A stretch of DNA of 64,000 bases, taken from positions 116,932,001 through 116,996,000 of the forward strand of contig OX597823.1 of the NCBI GenBank assembly GCA_951406725.2, in the 5' to 3' direction. The translations under genes were made by a program, and so were the position numbers. Below the pieces are notes generated by a model. The model made no database searches. It saw only the letters and a list, made by a program, of their open reading frames with translations, and was not told where the DNA came from. The DNA is from Octopus vulgaris. Taxonomy: Eukaryota. Of this stretch, positions 25,955-38,003 are shown piece after piece; within the stretch, counting starts at the first letter, position 1; the number at the start of each line of letters is the position of its first letter.

Positions 25955-26552
25955 CTTTTCTACTATAGGCACAAGCCCTGAAATTTTGCAGAGGAAGGGG
26001 CAAGTCGATTACATAGAGCCCAATACTTAACTGGCCCTTAATTTATTGATCTCGAAAGGATGAAAGGCGAAGTTGACCTCAGTGGAATTTGAACTCAGAA
26101 CATGGCAGCAGACAAAATACCGCTAAGTATTTTGCCTTGCGTGCTAACGATCCTGCCAGCCCATTGCCTTATATAATCTTTTCTAATCTAAACACAAGAC
26201 CCGAAATTTTGGGAGAGGGAGCCAGTTGATTAGATCGACTCCAGTGTGTAACTGGTACTTAATTTATCAACTCCAAAAGGATGAAAGGCAAAGTTGACCT
26301 CGGTGGAATTTGAACTCAGAACATAGTGGCAGACAAAATACCTATTTCTTTACTACACACATGGGGCTAAACACAGAGAGGACAAACAATTATATCGACC
26401 CCAGTGTGTAACTGGTCCTTAATTTATCGACCCCGAAAGGATGAAAGGCAAAGTCGACCTCGGTGGAATTTGAACTCAGAACGTAGCGGCAGACAAAATG
26501 CCACTCAACATTTCACCTGTCATGCTAACGATCTTGCCAGCTCACTGCCTTT
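25955..26552 (-). mobile_element. Three consecutive SINE family C copies (both tail types)
   Basis: Three copies of aaaggatgaaaggcaaagttgacctcggtggaatttgaactcagaac. Confidence 0.85.
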
Positions 26553-26952
26553 CTGATTAATCGATCAGAGCTAGGAGTAATACAGACAGGATATGGATCT
26601 ATATTGATATCATTATTGTTCTTTTATTCTTTTACTCATTTCAGTCAATAGACTGAGGCCATGCTGGGGCACTGACTTGACTTTTTAGTTGAATGAATCA
26701 ACCCCTGGACTTATTTTTTAAAGCCTGGTACTTATTTTATTGGTCTCTTTTCTGCTGAAAAGAGACCAATTACAGGGACACAAACACACCAACACAGGTT
26801 GTCAAGTGGGGTGGAAACAAACACAGACATAAAGACGCATACACATTGACATACATACATATACATATATAATTGAGATTCAGTTGAATTAGGTACTTAA
26901 GTTGAAGCCCCAAGTCAGTTCGGTATTATCCGCACAGCTTGGAGTAAGGTGA

Positions 26953-27125
26953 ATAAAATCAAAATAAACATCAAGTAGTGATGCAGTACGACCGTTTCAA
27001 GCGGCTCCGTTTAATTGAATTGCTTTTAAATTAATGTAATGATAGCATTGTTCAATTAAATGGAGCTGCTTGAAACAGCTGTACTGCATGACTATTTGAT
27101 ATCCTGTTGCTTATTTTGATTTTAT
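26953..27125. repeat. Approximately 70-bp imperfect inverted repeat carrying hammerhead 3' halves
   Basis: Arms ...gcagtacgaccgtttcaagcggctccgtttaattgaa / ttcaattaaatggagctgcttGAAAcagctgTActgc... Confidence 0.8.
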
Positions 27126-27145
27126 ATATATATATATATATATTA

Positions 27146-27392
27146 TATGAGAGGTATCGGTATCTAACAGAACCAAAGAGTGGCAGGTTAGGCTAAGTAA
27201 GTGTTATAGACAGACCATGTTTAACTCTTCTTATTTCACACTCAAATATTTACCTCTATTTAACCATCTCACATCGTTTCTGATGAAGGGATATCCCAGA
27301 AACAGCTGTAAGACTATATCCATATCTTTTTCCTTATAAATGTCCTAAAAACTACTCACAGCCTTGGCTTTGCTATCTCATTTTCTCTAATA
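27146..27392 (+). mobile_element. Solo Penelope-like pLTR/3' end
   Basis: 27267-27392 aligns with the reverse complement of 57783-57904, the 3' end of the GIY-YIG element. Confidence 0.75.
27276..27314 (+). ncRNA. Minimal type-I hammerhead ribozyme candidate
   Basis: gttt-CTGATGA-a-gggatatccc-a-GAAA-cagctg-TA-agac; predicted cleavage after 27310 (GUA). Confidence 0.7.
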
Positions 27393-27821
27393 TATATATA
27401 GATATATATATATATATATAAAACAAGCTTCTTTCAATTTTTATCTACCAAATCCACTCACAAGGCTTTTGTCAGCTCAAGGCTATAGTAGAAGACACTT
27501 GCCCAAGATGCCATGGTTTGGGACTGAACCCAGAAGCACGTGGTTGAGAAGCAAGCTTCTTACCACACATCCACACCTGTGCCTATATATATATAACTCA
27601 TTCTTTCTCTCACTTTTCATTTCTCTCTGCTTTTTAACCCCTTCATGATGAGGTAGTTTTCAAATAACATTCAAGTTTTATTCCACTTTGTGTCAGTTGT
27701 CAGTACATCGACCTCACTGTGCAGTCACTGGCTCTGTGATTAAGAATTTTACCCAACAACTACATGATTCACTGGTTCAATCCCACAGCTTAGCAACATA
27801 TTCTTTATTATAGCATCAGGC

Positions 27822-28045
27822 AAGGCATGAGCTGGCAGAACAGGCAAAATGCTTAGTGGCATTTCGTTCATCTTTATGTTCTGAGTTTAAAATTCCACTG
27901 AAGTTAACTTTGTCTTTCATCCTTTTGGGTGTCTATAAAATAAGTAGTAATTAAGTACCAGGGTCAGCCTAATTAACTTCTCCCTCACCTCAAAAAAAAA
28001 AAAATAGAAATTCTACTGGTGCCCCTGTGCCAAAAGTTGAAGCCA
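27822..28045 (+). mobile_element. SINE family C, degraded
   Basis: gagctggcagaa head and ctttcatccttttggg core. Confidence 0.65.
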
Positions 28046-28204
28046 GTATAGCCTCAGATCAACCCAAGACTCATGGATCAAACTGGAAAGACAGAAATCA
28101 AGTGGAAACTTTATCAGAAGAACTGTCTCTGCTTTTGTGTGGTAGACTTATTACTTAACTTGATCCCAGACAGATTGCTCTGTCAAATTTGAAAATAGTA
28201 AAGA

Positions 28205-28508
28205 TCTCCACACTCTTTGGTCATGAATGATCATGGGATTGTACCTAGAAAGTTATGGAAGACTAGAAGTCACCCATGCATACCAGCCTCCCCTCTTTGT
28301 GTCAACAATGTTATCCGATGGAAAGACAAAGGCCAATACAGCTTGGCTTCAGGGACATCACAATTCATTTCTACAGCTGAGTGAACTGGAGCAACGTGAA
28401 ATAAAGTGTTTTGCTCAAGAACACAACATGCAGCCCGGTCTGGGAATCAAATTCACTACCTCATGATTGTGAGCCCAACTCTCTCACCACTGAGACATGT
28501 ACCTTCAC
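28205..28508 (-). mobile_element. tRNA-derived SINE family E
   Basis: Minus strand tctcagtggtgagagag...gattcccagaccggg head, then gttcttgagcaaaacactttatttcacgttgctccagttcactcagctg. Confidence 0.6.
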
Positions 28509-28514
28509 ATGGCT

Positions 28515-28708
28515 ATGTCAAATGTAATGTTAAGTTATTCACATTCTTTTGAATTAGTCATGTATTATCTCATAGCTTAAAAAATTTGATGATGGGATCA
28601 TTTTTTAGAATGACATTGTAGGATAGGTACCTGAAGTCAGATCCGATCGGTCTTTACATAAAACAGGTAGAATACCTGGACCAGATATGGCCAGTTGAAA
28701 TGCAAAGT
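28515..28708 (-). mobile_element. piggyBac-type MITE fragment related to 10908-11126
   Basis: Reverse-complement similarity (ggtagaatac...gatatggccagttgaaatg). Confidence 0.55.
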
Positions 28709-29590
28709 CCACTCTGTTAATAGCATTTTGGCTTAGTTTCTGGTTTGAAGTTAATTTCTCCTCTTTCTTCCAGTAGTCATGGCGATATTGGTCTTACTCA
28801 AACTCCACTCACTAAACCAAACAAAAAAGAAGAACACTAAACTATTATTGAAAATCAGATTATGTTCTTAGTCAACATTTACTTTACTTTTACTTTGAAA
28901 GTTTTCTGTCATACACTGATATTTCTTAATTCACATCATATTTGGCTCTAAATACCCATGTAGCAAAGGTTCTCCCTAGTTTTGTACCTTCTCATACCGA
29001 TTCCTAGTTTAGAACCACAGTTGAACTCTCTAATTCCATAAAAGGTAAAACCAGATACAAGGTACATGAATGACTGTGTAAACGTGGTTCAATCAATCAG
29101 TATCAGCTGGTATGTAAAGTTTTGTGGTATACTTGAAAGAAAGTTGTGGGAAATTCCTACCAGATAGTTTTGTTGAAGGTTTTAGAAGTTTTTGCTAAAA
29201 GTTATAAAAAGCTGAAATATTGAACTCCAAGGCAGATTGACCAGAGGCACTACATGAAACTCTGTCACTCAGTTCTATGATTGGCATTCTCACTTTTTCT
29301 ATTTGTTCTGCCAATAACAATTATGAACAGTTATCATATAACTAGCTAAAATATTATTTCTATTTTACATAGTTAAAACTTGAAATTCTCACATTCCCAA
29401 GAGCATATATGTTTTTCAGTCCAATCAATATATTGTACATATATAAATACTGATGTTAGAAATAATAACACATGCAACCTATCATATAAACTAGTGTAGT
29501 CATTCTCACTTTAACATGCAATCTATCAACCTACCGTCCCACTATTGTGTCTTATCAAAGTTGATGTGAAGAACACCACTAAAATCTTTT

Positions 29591-29790
29591 GATACAATGA
29601 TTGATGCCACGCCTGACTATAATGATACAGTGATTGATGTCACATTAATCCTGATTAATCTAATGGTACAATGACTGGTGGGATCTTTAGCTCTGAATAA
29701 TGAAATGATAAAAGGACTGGTGTCATATCTGTCACTGCATAATAAAATGTACAACAATTGAAGGCGCCTTTATTTCTGAACCCCAACTAT
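29591..29790. repeat. Degenerate minisatellite of about 33-42 bp, about 5 units
   Basis: Recurring gatacaatgattgatg...ctga..ataat. Confidence 0.55.
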
Positions 29791-30333
29791 ACTATGGAGC
29801 TTTGGCTTATCCATTCTGTGTCATTACATCATTATCACAAACCGGTTAATATCTATCAGCCAATGGCAACAAGTGTCAGTTTCCCAAAATATTTTTTTTC
29901 ACTTGTTTTGATCCAGTATCACTGGCTTCTCAGTAAAATCCAGTTTTCTCTGAACTGAATTCAGGTTCATAGACAAATGAATTTCTTTGAGTTTACAAAA
30001 GAACAAATTAATCTGGCCACCTCTCTGTGTTTTCTTTCACACAATGATGATCCCCACTTTACTAGAACTTTTAATAGAATTAGATCCCTAATTTACTCAG
30101 ATCTTTCATTTTCATGGAATGAAGATCTGTGATTTACTTGGACCTTTCGTACAGTCAAGATCCTTAATTTCCCATTCATAAAATTTGTCATTTGTTATTA
30201 TCATTGCTAGTGCAGGTCAGTTGGTTGCCTTCACTATTTTAGTACACTAGCAACATGAAGGCAAAAGTTCACACAAACTGGCAAAATCTCAAGCATCAAA
30301 ATTGAGGTTCATCTCAATTATTTTTATTAGCTA

Positions 30334-30520
30334 CCATATTTTCCAGCATACAAGTCAACATGGTATATAGTGTAAACATTATCACTATCTTTCCTAATGC
30401 TACTAAATTTCACATGGAATTTTTGGTCCCCTGAAGTCGTCTTGGTATATAGGTCAACCTACCCTTTTTTGACTGTAAAATTTGATCAGAATAATTTAAC
30501 TTATATACTGGAAAATACAG
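30334..30520. mobile_element. pogo/Tigger-type MITE
   Basis: TA-ccatattttccagcatacaagt ... acttatatactggaaaatacag-TA. Confidence 0.7.
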
Positions 30521-31502
30521 TATTCATAAATCATAAGTCACAGTTCAAATGATAATATTTGGTAGAATGAATTTATTGATCCCTAACAAATGATTGATTG
30601 TCTATTTCTATGCTAATTATTCCAGTCCATGTCCACAATTATATTAAGATAGAAGTTCTGAATTCCTCTGCTAATGTTTGATATAGAGACTTGATCTTGT
30701 GTCAAGAGTCAGGCTTCTTTACACATATTTGGTCACTGTAATTAGTTGGTCATCAACAAATATTTGAATGAATATTTCAATACTGCAATTCTGCTTAATC
30801 ATATTTGACCAGTGCTTGGTAACAGCAGCACCCAGGAGGTATGTGGTACTGCTACACTAGATTGGTGTAACAATATTATTGTGAATTACTAAAAAGACAA
30901 AAGAGATGTTACTGGAGAAGGGTAATTACAGACATTACAAACTAAGGCACCATGCCTTGGAAAGTACACACACACATACATGCAACACACACACACACAA
31001 ACACAAACACATGCACACAGAGACTCCATCAATAAATGGATCCATTGCTTTACGTTTAACTACATACAGTATAATGTTCTTTCATTCATTCATTCAATTA
31101 ATTGACAAGCAGTGTGTACTTTGGAGAGTGGTAGATAGAGAAAGAAAGATGTTACACTGATATTGTTTCTCTCCTATTTGCAGCTGTCCATGATAAATTA
31201 AGGTATACTTCCTTCAGAGAATAATTTACCAAATACATCACAGAGATATTTGTTATTTTCTATTGTCGTGTGAATTGTGTTATAAGACTCTGGTACAGCG
31301 TAATTTCTATTTATAATTTATATTATCCTGTTCTGCTAAAGCTTTTTTTTCTTTTTTGTTGTTGTTATTGTTGTAAATGTCATTTCATTTGTTTGATAAT
31401 TTTACACCATCCATTTTTGGGTATGTTCTAAGACAGCTTTCCCATCAGCTGTGGCAGGTTGATTCCATCACAGTAAGAAAGGCAAATTTTCAATCTCGAA
31501 AG

Positions 31503-31771
31503 CAACAGTCTTCACCCTTTTTGTACGACAAACCAGTTTCGTGCCAGACAATTTTTCCATGGACCAGGAGATCAATTGCATAACAAAACACCATGAACGG
31601 AATAATTTAATTATAATTAGTTATTATTAAATAATAATGCAAAACACCTGCAGATTGCAATAGTCAATAAAATAGAAATAAAATTAAAACATTTATTCTT
31701 TCTGTGCAGCTCAGTACCAAATAATTCATGGTCCAGTACTGGTTTCCCAGCCTGGTAGTTGGAGAACCCTG
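31503..31771. mobile_element. hAT (Charlie-like) MITE, degraded
   Basis: Right end gttggagaaccctg; left end resembles cag...ccccaaccttttt. Confidence 0.5.
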
Positions 31772-32237
31772 CTCTAAACTACTGTCTCTGGTCTAAATGT
31801 ATCTAACACATTTGTTTTCTTGACTTAGCAGCCTGACAAGATTTTCTGTCATTATGTGGTTCCACTTGCTTAAATCACATTGTCAATTGTTTTTATGATT
31901 CTAAAGATATTTGAAATCGTGTTACCATATTACTTAGTACAATGGTAGGTATAGAATATTCATAAAACTTTAATGAATATCACAAGTAAACTGGAAATGT
32001 TAAAACTTTCCAGATCACAGGTCTCTATTCTTCTCAACAATTTCAACAATTAGGCGGATATTTGAATGGTGAATACATAACCAGCAAGGGATGAAAATTG
32101 ACTTGAAAATTATCACTAAAATGGTGTTTTGATTATCAGGAGAATGCCATCTTTCATCTTTTACTTGTTTTGCTTCATTGGATTGTGATCATGCTTGGGC
32201 ACTGCCTTGAAGGATTTAGTGATGGTATTGATATTAC

Positions 32238-32470
32238 AGGTGAGCTGGCAGAATTGTTAGCACGTTGGGGCAAAATGCGTAGCCGTATTTCGTCTGCCGT
32301 TACGTTCTGAGTTCAAATTCCGCCAAGGTCGACTTTGCCTTTCATCTTTTCGGGGTCGATTAAATAAGTACCAGTTACACACTGGGGTCGATATAATCAA
32401 CTTAATCCGTGTGTCTGTCCTTGTTCGTCCCCTCTGTGTTTAACCCCTTGTGGGTAGTAAAAAAATAGGT
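32238..32470 (+). mobile_element. SINE family C, near-consensus, tail type 2
   Basis: Complete head, gcctttcatctttcggggtcgattaaataagtaccag-type core (Deu/Nin-like by recollection) and tail; flanking ggtattgatattaca duplicated on both sides (target-site duplication). Confidence 0.9.
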
Positions 32471-34121
32471 ATTGATATTACATGAAGGACATGTAAGAAA
32501 GATAATTCTGAGATTGTCCAATACCTCCAGCATACTGCCTAATATATTGTTGTTATCTGGTCATCATAGATGGCAAATATTTAACATTGTATACATAGCA
32601 GTGATCTAATCAGGTTTCATGAAAAAGCCAACATTTACAGTAGGCAGAAGAATTTTGAAGCAAATTTATTGCATGTAAAGATATTTTGTGCTTTGTGTAT
32701 GTTTTTGTTACATGGAATGTTTTTGTTACACATCCAAATTAAAGAGGTGAACACCAGATCAGAAATCATTTTTGTTATTTTTGGAATCTAATTAGATCCA
32801 ATATAGCTGAAGTTTAAGATCCACTCACCTGCATTTAAATATATTGTAGCAGTCAGTAATTGCAGAGTTAGCAGGGCATTGAACAGCATCTCTTGTAATG
32901 GTCTGTCCATTTCTCTTCACTTGAAGTTAAAATACAACTAAGACCAACTTTGTTGTTCATTCTTTCAAAATCAATATAGAACCACTCCAGCACTCACGGT
33001 AATCCTTTCTCTTTGGGGGAATCGATTGTGTGCAGATAGGGAAAGGGATGAACTCCACCAGGAATAAAACTTTCAATATATGCAGTATATCACAGCTGCA
33101 CCTCTATGAGCTCTTGAGGAGTTGAGGGTCCAAGGAAGAGAGAAAGCATCCTAGAGAATGCATGACTAATTAGTTAAAATGTTCACCCTGTCATAATTAG
33201 GCCCCAGGTTTAATTCTGTTATTCAGCAACTTGAGATTTGGGTCAACTCAACGTTTGTAGAAGCCAATTGGGTGACTTGTACCTTTAATCCAAAGGATCA
33301 GCTTTATCTGACTAATTCTACTTGAGGATGACGTTAAGGTACATGTGTGTATGGATTAATTAACCACTTTCACTTCTCTACAACAAGTATTTGATTTGAT
33401 TGTTAAAAAAACTACAATGCCCATCTTCAAAATCAATGCAAGGTCCATCATCACCTAACAGTGGTATCTGCTGATAAAGCTTTATTCTCTTTAATTGTCA
33501 TTGTTCAGCCTCGGGTCAACTCTGGTTGATCAAATCTATGAACAAGGACACTCTAACCATGACCATCCTCTCTGTATCTTATGCCTAGAGTATCTTTTTC
33601 TTCCTCAGATAATCACAACTCAATTTGTTGATAGTCTACAAAGGGAGCAACTCTGATAAGGCGGGTCCCTTAGCCTTTGATGTCCTTAACTTGCAAAGCA
33701 ACAGCTTTTTTTCTATTTAGGTGCTGTCCCACAACCTTTGGAACTCTAGATTCCTCCTGCAAGGCAGCAGTTATTATTTGACTACAGCTGGTTACTTGTT
33801 GTTAACAAACCCTGGATTTATTACTATAGTTTACTCTGCAACCTTTGCAGATGCAACTGTCCCAGGTGAGAGCAGAGACAGGAATAGTGGCTGTTGAGAG
33901 GTAAACTTATTTTTCCAGATTTGGACCCTAACACCAGATTGGAATCATACCCAGGTATACATTATCCAATATGACTCATTTCTAGAGAGTAGGATGTAAT
34001 TTGTAATAATAGATGTAAAAGCAAATACACACACACACACACATTATTTTGGCTGAAGCACTGTCTTGCTACTCTCAATTTCATATTTGTGCACAGAATA
34101 GCAAAAGACTGACTCAGCTCA

Positions 34122-34335
<214 letters not shown>

Positions 34336-34485
34336 TACAAATCTCTTCTATGCACTAAGTGCTCTTTCTTCTCTGACAGCACTAAATGGCAATATATATA
34401 TATATGTGTATGTGTGTGTGTTTGTATGTATGTATAATATATATACATGTACAAATATATATATAAACATATACACATAAGGTCC

Positions 34486-34607
34486 ATTTCATCTGTTCTG
34501 ACAAAATGCAAATTGTTTTGGTTATTAACAACTCTTCAGAGAAATATGTTTCTCTGAAGAGCTGTTTATAGCTGAAACAATTTGCATTTTGTCAGAAAAG
34601 ATGAAAT
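34486..34607. repeat. Approximately 60-bp-arm near-perfect palindrome (fold-back insert)
   Basis: atttcatctgttctgacaaaatgcaaattgtttt...ctcttcagagaaa-tatg-tttctctgaagag...gaaacaatttgcattttgtcagaaaagatgaaat. Confidence 0.92.
34549..34598 (+). ncRNA. Type-I hammerhead ribozyme candidate (mirror copy on the minus strand at 34495-34544)
   Basis: tttct-CTGAAGA-gct(gtttat)agc-t-GAAA-caa(tttgcatt)ttg-TC-agaaa; GUC triplet, 5-bp stem I. Confidence 0.7.
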
Positions 34608-34993
34608 AAATCTTGAATACTTTGTATTTTTCATCGAATTCCTTTGATTTGTTGATTTCATAGCAAAATGATTAAATTCTCTGCATTACACCCACACATA
34701 TTATAAATGCATACGTGTATGTATGTATATATATGTGTGTGTGTGTGTGTGTATATATAGATATATATATGCAGGTCTGAATACACACATATATATATAT
34801 ATATATATGATGGCAGTGTATACAGATCTCAGTGTAACAAACACTAACATGTATATAACTCACACAAATATATATATTTCTTTACATGGGCGAAAACACA
34901 CCCAAATTGCCACAGAAAACCTGTATAAATCAATTGTATAGAGACATATTTACATCTGCAGGATCCACTTCCATGAAAAACAGCCTGCTAACA

Positions 34994-35046
<53 letters not shown>

Positions 35047-35835
35047 ATATTCATACTCCGAGAAATATGGAAATTAAATGCACATTAGTTCACACATTCT
35101 CACATACTCATACATGCAGCTCCATTCATCTCTTACAGATACATGCATACATACACACACACACACATATATATACATACATATACACACATGGCAGCAT
35201 GGACGGTGGACGTTAAACAATGATGATGATGACATATACAAATGCACATACATACTTATACACACAAGCTTAAGTACATATATACACACTACATATATGC
35301 ATATATACATATATGCACAAACACACACACATGCAAACACAAAAGCATGCACACATGTACTCACACATATATTTGCACTCCTAAAACATATACCCAAACA
35401 CATAAATAATGCATACACACACACACACATACAAAGTTGATATGTTGTTGACATATGTCTACACAAACACAACACACATACAAAACATAGTGATGTAGAT
35501 GCATCATACCACACAGATCCATATTGATACAAGATAACCATACTCATTCAGCAGTGCATAGCTACTCACACATGCTCACACACACACATGCTCACACACA
35601 CACATGCTCACACACACACACACACATGCTCACACACACACACACACACACACATAAGGTACCCAGGAATACCTCATTTTATTTATTGACTAAAAATAAA
35701 AATGCTAATCTATTTCCTGCTCAGCATCACATTATAAAACCATCAACTCACCAACCACATGATGCTGGAATACATTTTAAATAAGATTCATCTTATTTTT
35801 TCTTCTTCCTCCTACTCATTATTGTCCTCATCATT

Positions 35836-35837
35836 AC

Positions 35838-35897
<60 letters not shown>

Positions 35898-36016
35898 GTT
35901 ATTTATATATATATTTTATATTTTATCTAGTTTCAGCTCACGAGCTGTGGCCATGCTGGGGCACCACCATTATTATTATTATTATTGTTGTTATTGTTAT
36001 TATATTATTATTATTA

Positions 36017-36066
<50 letters not shown>

Positions 36067-36105
36067 GTTATTATTATTGTTATTGTTATTACATTATTAT
36101 TGTTA

Positions 36106-36166
<61 letters not shown>

Positions 36167-36215
36167 CATTACTATTATCATTATTTTTATTAGCCATCAT
36201 CATCATCGTCATCAT
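35836..36215. repeat. (TTA)n microsatellite
   Basis: Direct reading. Confidence 0.95.
35925..35968 (-). mobile_element. Approximately 45-bp CR1 3'-terminal micro-insertion
   Basis: tctagtttcagctcacgagctgtggccatgctggggcacc matches the CR1 tails at 7548 and 45017. Confidence 0.8.
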
Positions 36216-36864
36216 TATATATGCTTTGATTGTTTTGCAACTTAGAGAGAAATGGTATGATTGCTTGATAGTGTAGGCCTCGCTTGAATCTTTTATCAAT
36301 ATATTGGCAAAGTTTCAAAGTGTGGTCATGCCTGGACACTAAATATTTTACTACAACATTAATACAGTTCTCCAGCTCATTGTACTTGCGTATTCAAATT
36401 GGGTTTTTGTTTATTGCTTCTCGTTATTAATTACTTCAACAAAGCATCGCACAGGCCGTTAGCTAACAAGCAATCCTGCTACACTTTCTCTGATTCACCA
36501 ACATGGAGTATGAAGATGATCAGCCAGTGAAGAAGAGGATTAAATGTAAATCTCTGGGCCTGAAAGTTATTAGTTTTCAAAAACTCCATAACTGAAACTC
36601 TGTTCTGTCCTTAAGCAATGTTGTCAACTGAGACAATGCATCATACAATTATTGATTTTACACTTCAGGTATTTTGTTAGAGTTGAACAGAAAATTTCAC
36701 TTTTCTTCTTTCTGATATAATCTACAGGCTGAAATCTGACATATGGTCCCTTGATCTCCACTTCTAGATTCTTTACTGAATTAATCAACTTCTATGAAGA
36801 CACTAAAGTACATAATCGAATTGGTGGACTCTGACTTTGTTGTTTTGATATTATTGTTGGACAA

Positions 36865-37075
36865 AAAATGCTAAGCAGTCTTTCTTCTGGTTCTTTACAT
36901 TCTGAGTTCAGCTTCAGTCGAGGTTGACTTTGCTTTTCAGACTTTTGGGGGTCAATAAAACTAAAGTACCAGTCAATTACTGGAGTCAATGTCATCAACT
37001 TTCTTCCTCACATAAAAAAAAATAAATAAATAAAAGAGAAAAAATTTGCTGGTTTTGTGCCAGCATTAGAAAGGA
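36865..37075 (+). mobile_element. SINE family C, degraded
   Basis: ttctgagttca...gaggttgactttgc...ggggtcaataaa...gtaccag. Confidence 0.6.
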
Positions 37076-37303
37076 TGCGACTAATGATCATAACAGTAAA
37101 TACAAATCCAGAGAAATTCATAAAATTAAAATTTACAGATCTATCAAACCATTCCAAAAAAGAATTAACAAAACATGATGTAAATATTTTATATACTCAT
37201 GAGATTTTAATATATCTAACTATATAAGGCTGTTGTGATATATGGGTGCAGATATACATATTCATACACAAACATGCATACACTACACATCAAAGATAGT
37301 GAT

Positions 37304-37472
37304 AGGTGCAGGCATAGCTGTGTGGTAATGGAATTTTTGTTTCTCAACCATATGGTTTGAGTTCAATTATCAATGTGTGGCATCTTGCACAAGTATCTTC
37401 TATTGTAAGCCCAGGGTGTTCAAGGCCTTGTAAATGAGATTGGTAACTGGAAACTGAAAGAAGCATATCATT

Positions 37473-37475
<3 letters not shown>
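37304..37475 (+). mobile_element. SINE family A 5' half
   Basis: Diverged head ending ggaaactgaaagaagc before (TA)n. Confidence 0.65.
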
Positions 37476-37503
<28 letters not shown>

Positions 37504-37504
37504 G

Positions 37505-38003
37505 CTAGGGGTGTAACCAGTCCATTTGTGCATGCCTTTTCTTCATTGGACACTAAACTCTGCTTGCGAAGACCAGTTGAGGCAAGTGAAATCGAAGTCG
37601 AAATCAAATTACGAGTGAGATCGTTGCCAGAGCAACAAGCTGGCCTTCGTGCAGATGGCACGTTAAACACACCATTCAAGTGTGATCGTTACCGCGTTGC
37701 CTTACTAGCACTTGTGCTGGTGGCATGTGAAATATTTGAGCGAGGACGTTGCCAATGCTGCTGGACTGGCTCCTGTGCAGGTGGCACATAAAAAGCACCA
37801 TTTGGGCGTGGTCGTTGCCAGTACCACCAATCTGGCCCTCGTGCCGGTGGCACATAAAAGCACCAATTACACTCTCGGAGTGGTTAGCATTAGGAAGCTG
37901 TAGAAACTCTGCCAGATAAGATTGGAGTCTGGTTTGCCAGACCTCAGTCAAATCGTCCAACCCATTTTAGCATGGAAAGCGGTCGTTAAATGATGATGAT
38001 GAT
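37505..38003 (+). mobile_element. RTE 3' UTR fragment
   Basis: Homology to 25290-25897; (gat)n tail. Confidence 0.85.

Larger units (their letters stand above)
26620..27584 (-). mobile_element. SINE family A split by inserts in its internal microsatellite (26870-27400)
   Basis: Tail half at 26620-26870, head half at 27420-27584. Confidence 0.8.

Noticed and set aside
35759-36299. Poly-L/I/Y/N ORFs resembling membrane proteins
   Set aside because: (TTA)n microsatellite translations
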